A stretch of 64,000 nucleotides of DNA from Eledone cirrhosa (taxonomy: Eukaryota), in contig OZ024760.1 in the NCBI GenBank assembly GCA_964016885.1, positions 19,716,001-19,780,000 on the forward strand. Reading direction: 5' to 3'. The notes under the pieces were generated by a model. It made no database searches, was not told the origin of the DNA, and saw nothing but the letters and a program-made list of their open reading frames with translations. Numbering within the stretch: position 1 is the stretch's first letter; each line of letters starts with the position of its first letter. The position numbers and the translations under genes were made by a program. Of the stretch, positions 56,944 through 64,000 are shown in pieces.

Positions 56944-57281
56944 TCATCATCATCATCATTTTACGTCCGCTTTTCCCTGCTTACAAGGGTGGGACGGGAA
57001 CTGATTCTGGCTTGATTTCTACAGCTGGATGCCCTTCCTAACACCAACCTCATTTACAGTGAGTGCTGGGTGCTTTTTTGCCGTGGCACCTACACGACCA
57101 CTTTGCAGTGGAATGATAGGGACCCCAGTCCCTATCATCTCATTTCTACAGATGAGTAAACTGGAGCAATGTGAAATAAAGTGTCTTGCTCAAGGAAACA
57201 ACACATCACCCGGTCTGAGAATTGAACTCACAACCTTTCGATTGCAAGGCCAATGCTCTAACCATTAAGCCATGTGCCTCC

Positions 57282-57282
<1 letters not shown>
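56944..57282 (-). mobile_element. CORE-type SINE variant a, full length
   Basis: Reverse complement of the 20883-type element. Confidence 0.9.
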
Positions 57283-57370
<88 letters not shown>

Positions 57371-57729
57371 GTGTGTGTGTGTATAGATCATCATCATCAC
57401 CATTTAATGTCCATTTTTTCACGTCTGCATGGGTTAGACACAAGAAAGGTGTAACTCCCCAACCAGTTTAGTCACAGACCATGATGACCTGGCCTATTCA
57501 CAGCTTGGGAAGTAGACATATGATGATGATGATGATGATGATGGTGATGGTGATGACGATAGCGATGATGATGATGGTGGTGATGGCCATGATGATGACG
57601 ATGGTGGTGGTGGTGGTGGTGGTGGTGGTGGTGGTGATGATGATGAAGCCACATCTATGTAATGAAATTACAACTGGTTGTAATGTCATAGATAACTAAA
57701 TGGACATTGTACAATACAGATATGTGGTG

Positions 57730-58357
57730 GTACTTTATAGAGAGGTCATATGTCAGTCTCATAGAGTTATAAGACACCTCAGTATGGTCATACTTTATAT
57801 AGAGGTCATATGTCAGTGTCATAGACTTATAAGACACCTCAGTACAGTCATACTTTCTATAGAGGTCATATGTCAGTGTCATAGAGGTATAAGACACCTC
57901 AGTACAGTCATACTTTCTATAGAGGTCATATGTCAGTGTCATAGAGGTATAAGACACCTCAGTACAGTTATACTTTATAGAGAGGTCATATGACAGTGTC
58001 ATAGACTTATAAGACACCTCAGTACAGTCATACTTTCTATAGAGGTCATATGACAGTGTCATAGACTTATAAGACACCTCAGTACAGTCATACTTTCTAT
58101 AGAGGTCATATGTCAGTGTCATAGAGGTATAAGACACCTCAGTACAGTCATACTTTCTATAGAGGTCATATGTCAGTGTCATAGACTTATAAGACACCTC
58201 AGTACAGTTATACTTTCTATAGAGGTCATATGTCAGTGTCATAGACTTATAAGACACCTCAGTACAGTTATACTTTCTATAGAGGTCATATGTCAGTGTC
58301 ATAGACTTATAAGACACCTCAGTACAGTTATACTTTCTATAGAGGTCATATGTCAGT
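57730..58357. repeat. 60-bp minisatellite, ~10.5 units
   Basis: Units align with the 60-column lines (AGAGGTCATATGTCAGTGTCATAGA..AAGACACCTC). Confidence 0.95.
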
Positions 58358-58532
58358 TAGCTGAGATAGATAAAAGTTACTAAAGGTGTTAAAACAAGTT
58401 TCTCAAGAAATACAATGTGATTTTCTTTATTATTTATTGATAGATCAGATGTTTGTTTGTTTGTTTGTTGTGTTAAGTAAGAAATGAAGAGATCAATATT
58501 CCTGTTAATGGAAAGCATATATATGTGTGTCG

Positions 58533-58591
<59 letters not shown>

Positions 58592-58599
58592 TATGTATA

Positions 58600-58790
58600 T
58601 ACAAGAGATTATGTAAGTGTGTGTATGCAAGAGATTGTGTCAGTATATGTGTATATATATATGCAAGAGATTGTGTCAGTATATGTGTATATATATATGC
58701 AAGAGATTGTGTCAGTATATGTGTATATATATATGCAAGAGATTGTGTCAGTATATGTGTATATATATATGCAAGAGATTGTGTCAGTGT
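58600..58790. repeat. 36-bp tandem repeat, ~5 units
   Basis: GCAAGAGATTGTGTCAGTATATGTG repeats. Confidence 0.9.
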
Positions 58791-59165
58791 TAAGTGTGTA
58801 TATCAAAGACAGCAATAATTACAAGAAGAAAATAGTTTTTGTTAACCATCAATCAATTTTCAGTAGAAGTGAATTGTGTAAAATATATTTACGTTCACTA
58901 TATATATACATACATACATACATATATACATACATATATATACATATATATACATATATGTATACATATGCATACATATATACATATATACTTATATATA
59001 TATATACATATATATATATATACATATATATATATACATATATATATATACATATATATATATACATATATATATATACATACATATATATATACATACA
59101 TATATATACATATATATATATATATGTATACATACATATATATATATATACATACATATATATAC

Positions 59166-59204
<39 letters not shown>

Positions 59205-59235
59205 CGTACATACATATATATATACATACATGTGA

Positions 59236-59266
<31 letters not shown>

Positions 59267-59293
59267 CATACATACATATGTATATATACATAA

Positions 59294-59359
<66 letters not shown>

Positions 59360-59402
59360 CTTGAATATTGAATTTTACAACACAAGTGTATTAGAGGTCT
59401 CT

Positions 59403-59451
<49 letters not shown>

Positions 59452-60227
59452 GGATGTATGTATTTGCTTGTGATTACAGCCTTTAAAGATAATTTGATTT
59501 TTTAATTTACTGTTTTGTGAGGGAAGGTGGAGCAAAACCATTGACTCCCTTCAGGGTCTCTGAAACAGGGGGTGGGGGTGGAAGGAGGGACTACCTTTAT
59601 AACAGAGCCTTAGCCTGAATGCTTGCAACTGAATGGACTCCAGCCACCATTTCCAAGAAAATAATAACATTATGATTTCTACCACCATAAAATAGTAATA
59701 ATTATAGAAAATGGAAGCTATAAGATATCTATAAATATGGCAGCATATTACTCACCTTTTACAACACCAGACAAAGAAGGAACTTCACAATGTTGCCATT
59801 GCAAAGCAGAGAATGTTCACATTATCAAACAACAAGACACTCTATAGAAATTAAGTTACGTCTTATTATTATACAAGAACATCCCACTCGTGTGAGAGAA
59901 AAAAGGTCGAAATATGTATTAAAATGGCAAAACTAAGAATTACATGGATGCATTCATTATCAAACAGTAAACCATTTCTGATAATAGTTTAACAAACCTG
60001 TTTATTTACTGATTTCACTCTCTATGCTTTTAAGGTTGCAGTAGAGCAATTATTATATAACTGACTAGAAGAGACAATAGGAGATAAGAACTAAGTACTG
60101 TCCTTAGTGAATCAATAAGAAGCAGTACATGTCTGTCTGTATGTGTGTATGTATGTATGTATATATATATATATATATAATATGGGTATATATATATATA
60201 TATGGGTATATATATATATATATATAT

Positions 60228-60275
<48 letters not shown>

Positions 60276-60362
60276 GTTTATTTATATATATGTGTGTACA
60301 AGCATGTATGTGTATGAATGTAAATAAATGTATATATTTATGTATGTATGTATATATGCATG

Positions 60363-60445
<83 letters not shown>

Positions 60446-61277
60446 ATAAATGCTCTGAAATAGCGATATATATGCTTTTATCGAGAATCTAATTGTAATA
60501 CGTGACGTATTCTATTCTATAGCGATTAGGTCTTCGAAATGTTTATTATAAACATACAGAATATTTTCGAATATTCTATGTCTATATTCACATATATATA
60601 TATATATATATGCATGTATATATATATGCACACATACATAGATATATATATGTACATACACATACACATATATATATATGTGTGTGTGTGTGTGTTTATG
60701 TATGTATTGAAAATCTATAGTGATGAACAATGTTCAATAGTGGGTGCACAGCCTGAAGGTGATAAAAATTAGCTATTTTTCTATTTTTCTACAAGAATTC
60801 TCTTGTACAGGCTTGATGCCATTCAATGAGAGTGTGAAACTGTCAGAACAATTATGGAATTCTTAATGGGCTTTTCCGACAGAGATTCCAATTCCTATAG
60901 AATTGGAGACATTGTTTCGATACAAACTAGTGAACATGTACAGATTATAGGAATATACACTGACATGGGAAAGCTATTAACTCTATAACTGTCAGATCTA
61001 CAAGTATGTTAGAGAAACATACTCATCGGACCGAGGTAACAATATTTCCATTGGTCTTTCCAATTGATAATACTATCTACCGGTGACTACATCAGGTAGA
61101 AGGAGCAATGTGAAATAAACAGTCTTGCTCATAGCATCATAACGTATCGAACTCACAACCTCACGATTGTGAATCCAGTTCTCTAACCACTCAGCCACAT
61201 GCCTTCATTCATTAATATATATATATATATATATATGTATATGTATATGTTTTTTAGCCTTCATATCATGTCCTCCT

Positions 61278-61346
61278 GTTTTATCTGATGAAAACACAAA
61301 TATTATTGCATGATGATATTTGTTTTTGAAATGCGCATAATAAAAT
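61278..61346 (+). ncRNA. Type I hammerhead ribozyme, 55866 family (element 61249-61387)
   Basis: Same intact core and stems. Confidence 0.85.
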
Positions 61347-61392
61347 ACATGGAACTCCTTTAACCATCTTTTGTTCTTATATATTATGTATA

Positions 61393-61453
<61 letters not shown>

Positions 61454-61460
<7 letters not shown>

Positions 61461-61805
61461 TTGGAGCTCTGAAATAGCAATATATATATGGATGTATATA
61501 TAATGTATTTTGCAATACACTTTATGCTTAATTAAAAGCATTTTGAAGACCGTAAGCTATTGTTTTTTAGAGTAGTGACAAATTCACTTACTTTGATCTC
61601 AGCAAACAGGGGAGATAAGCCGACAAGGCCTTGTTTTGCTTTTGTTGAAGCTTATCAAGGCTAACTACTCCCACCTGTCTACCGAGATCACTGATGTTAT
61701 ATTCTTATAGAATTCTAGTAAATAATCAGGAGCTGATTATGCAGAGCGGTTGTTGGTCAGGCAGAAATTAAAAATTAGAATTGGAGCTCTGAAATAGCAA
61801 TATAT
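61454..61805 (-). mobile_element. Hammerhead-bearing monomer with 32-bp identical direct repeats (period 320 bp)
   Basis: 61454-61485 equals 61774-61805; degenerate hammerhead with extended stem I at 61595-61689. Confidence 0.65.
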
Positions 61806-62390
61806 CCCCTTTTGTTTGACAGTTGTTATATATTCACACACACTAAATGATATATTAATATTAACTAACACATTATATATATATATATATATATATAAAC
61901 GCACATGTTATAAATATCTAATATATCTATATAAATACATAACTACTAACAGAACTAGATAAAGTTAATTACAATAGAAGTTATCCAGTCACCATTCACC
62001 TAAAACTAATTTCACAAAAGATCATTAAACACGCTGGTAATAATCGAAATACATCATTTTTACAGCTCCCAATGAGGATGGTCTTTATTGCAAACTTCTG
62101 TATATAACTACTGTCAAATTTAATAATGTCAGTGGCAATAGATTTATATAGTTATGTCCACTTTTAGAGCTGTCTTTATATTACAACCTAAAACAAAACC
62201 AGACGCATCTGAGAGAACAATACGACACAGCTGCTTTCGCTACTGAGTTTCATTATTAAATACTGATGGTTAGAGAGAGAATAGAGAGGAAATGATGTTG
62301 TTTAATGAAGGTGTGTGTGGGTTAGGGGATAGGTTGTTGGGCTCATGATATAAATATATATATAATGTGATATATTATATATATATTACA

Positions 62391-62784
62391 TAATTGTTTC
62401 TACTTTAGACACAAGGCCAGCAATTACCCAGTACATTACTGGTACTTTATTTTATCGACCCCGTAAGGATGAAAGGCAAAGTTAACCTCGGCGGGATTTG
62501 AACTCAGAATGGCAAGGGCCGTAACTCTATGCGTCAAAGCATGGCGTCCGACTCTCTACCAATACTGCCAATCCACCGCTATATATCATATATTATATCG
62601 GTAGATTGGCAGTATCGGTAGAGGGTCGGACACCATGCTTTCCAGCTTAGTTGCATCCCTTTACGATCTGAGTTCAAATCCCGCCGAGGTTAACTTTGCC
62701 TTTCATCCTTACGGGGTCGATAAAATAAAGTACCAGTAATGTACTGGTGAATTGCTGGCCTTGTGCCTAAAGTAGAAACAATTA
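62391..62784. mobile_element. Head-to-head pair of full SINE A copies (62391-62579 minus, 62599-62784 plus)
   Basis: Two full copies in opposite orientation, 19 bp apart. Confidence 0.9.
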
Positions 62785-62792
62785 TATTGTAC

Positions 62793-62888
<96 letters not shown>

Positions 62889-62954
62889 GTCGTCATCATC
62901 ACCATCATCATGATGTATGTATAAAATATATATATGTTTATAAAATATATATGT

Positions 62955-63107
62955 GTTCGGATCTGGCTGTCGAATCTAGCTGTCGAAACGGCCGGAGCTC
63001 TGCCGTTGGGGTCCTGACTCTTTTCCTATTACCCACTCTACTACCCTAAGTATTGAGTACTCTGGTGCATTATGGTCCACCTGGTTCCTTACCACACCTC
63101 CTTTGTT
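62955..63107 (+). mobile_element. Diverged single-arm copy of the 3741 family
   Basis: GTCGAAACGGC..GCCGT..CCTATTACCCACTCTACTACCCTAAGTATTGAGTAC tail. Confidence 0.7.
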
Positions 63108-63128
63108 ATTTATAATATACATACATAT

Positions 63129-64000
63129 ATCATCATCATCATCATCATCATCATCAACGTTTAACGTCCGTGTTCCACGCTTGCATGGGTTTGGACGGGG
63201 GTTTTCCCACTTGAGGCAAGAGTGGTTGTCTTGCTCGCATAGGACTGTCTGGCGGGTTTTCTACAGCTGGATGCCCTTCCTAACACCAACCACATTTACA
63301 GTGTGGGGCTGGGAGGTTTTTACCGTGTTGCCTACACGGCCACATTACAGCGTGGACTGTCTGGCGGGTTTTCTACAGCTGGATGCCCTTCCTAACACCA
63401 ACCACATTTACAGTGTGGGGCTGGGAGGTTTTTACCGTGTTGCCTACACGGCCACATTACAGCGTGGACTGTCTGGCGGGTTTTCTACAGCTGGATGCCC
63501 TTCCTAACACCAACCACATTTACAGTGTGGGGCTGGGAGGTTTTTACCGTGTTGCCTACACGGCCACATTACAGCGTGGACTGTCTGGCGGGTTTTCTAC
63601 AGCTGGATGCCCTTCCTAACACCAACCACATTTACAGTGTGGGGCTGGGAGGTTTTTACCGTGTTGCCTACACGGCCACATTACAGCGTGGACTGTCTGG
63701 CAGGTTTTCTACAGCTGGATGCCCTTCCTAACACCAACCACATTTACAGTGTGGGGCTGGGAGGTTTTTACCGTGTTGCCTACACGGCCACATTACAGTG
63801 TGGACTGTCTGGCAGGTTTTCTACAGCTGGATGCCCTTCCTAACACCAACCACATTTACAGTGTGGGACTGGGAGGTTTTTACCGTGTTGCCTACACGGC
63901 CACATTACAGCGTGGACTGTCTGGAAGGTTTTCTACAGCTGGATGCCCTTCCTAACACCAACCACATTTACAGTGTGGGGCTGGCAGGTTTTTACCGTGT
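63129..64000 (-). mobile_element. RTE-C 3'UTR with internal 112-bp tandem array (63242 to the window end, at least 6.8 units)
   Basis: GGACTGTCTGG recurs every 112 bp; tail matches 43675-43786 and 30546. Confidence 0.9.

Overview
AT-rich, microsatellite-saturated animal DNA, most likely a coleoid cephalopod such as Octopus (inferred from the tRNA-derived SINE families and the very high simple-repeat load). It looks intronic or intergenic. No host protein-coding gene can be supported, and nearly all ORF-track entries are translations of simple repeats. Recognisable content: (i) two tRNA-derived SINE groups, one with a CORE-like domain and two alternative tails; (ii) 5'-truncated LINE relics of the R4/Dong, Tx1-like, CR1, CRE and several RTE types, plus internally deleted RTE derivatives; (iii) piggyBac-like and pogo/Tigger-like MITEs; (iv) several minisatellites, some amplified from transposon sequence. 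The most notable signal is a dense set of small non-coding elements, mostly embedded in (TA)n tracts, carrying type I hammerhead ribozyme motifs. I count about 14 full or degenerate cores plus several 3' halves, from many unrelated sequence families. They occur either as fold-back (inverted) repeats with a one-sided tail or as ~320-340 bp monomers with short terminal direct repeats, the architecture of Penelope-like element ends and non-LTR retrozymes. All calls were made by eye, without alignment or folding tools.
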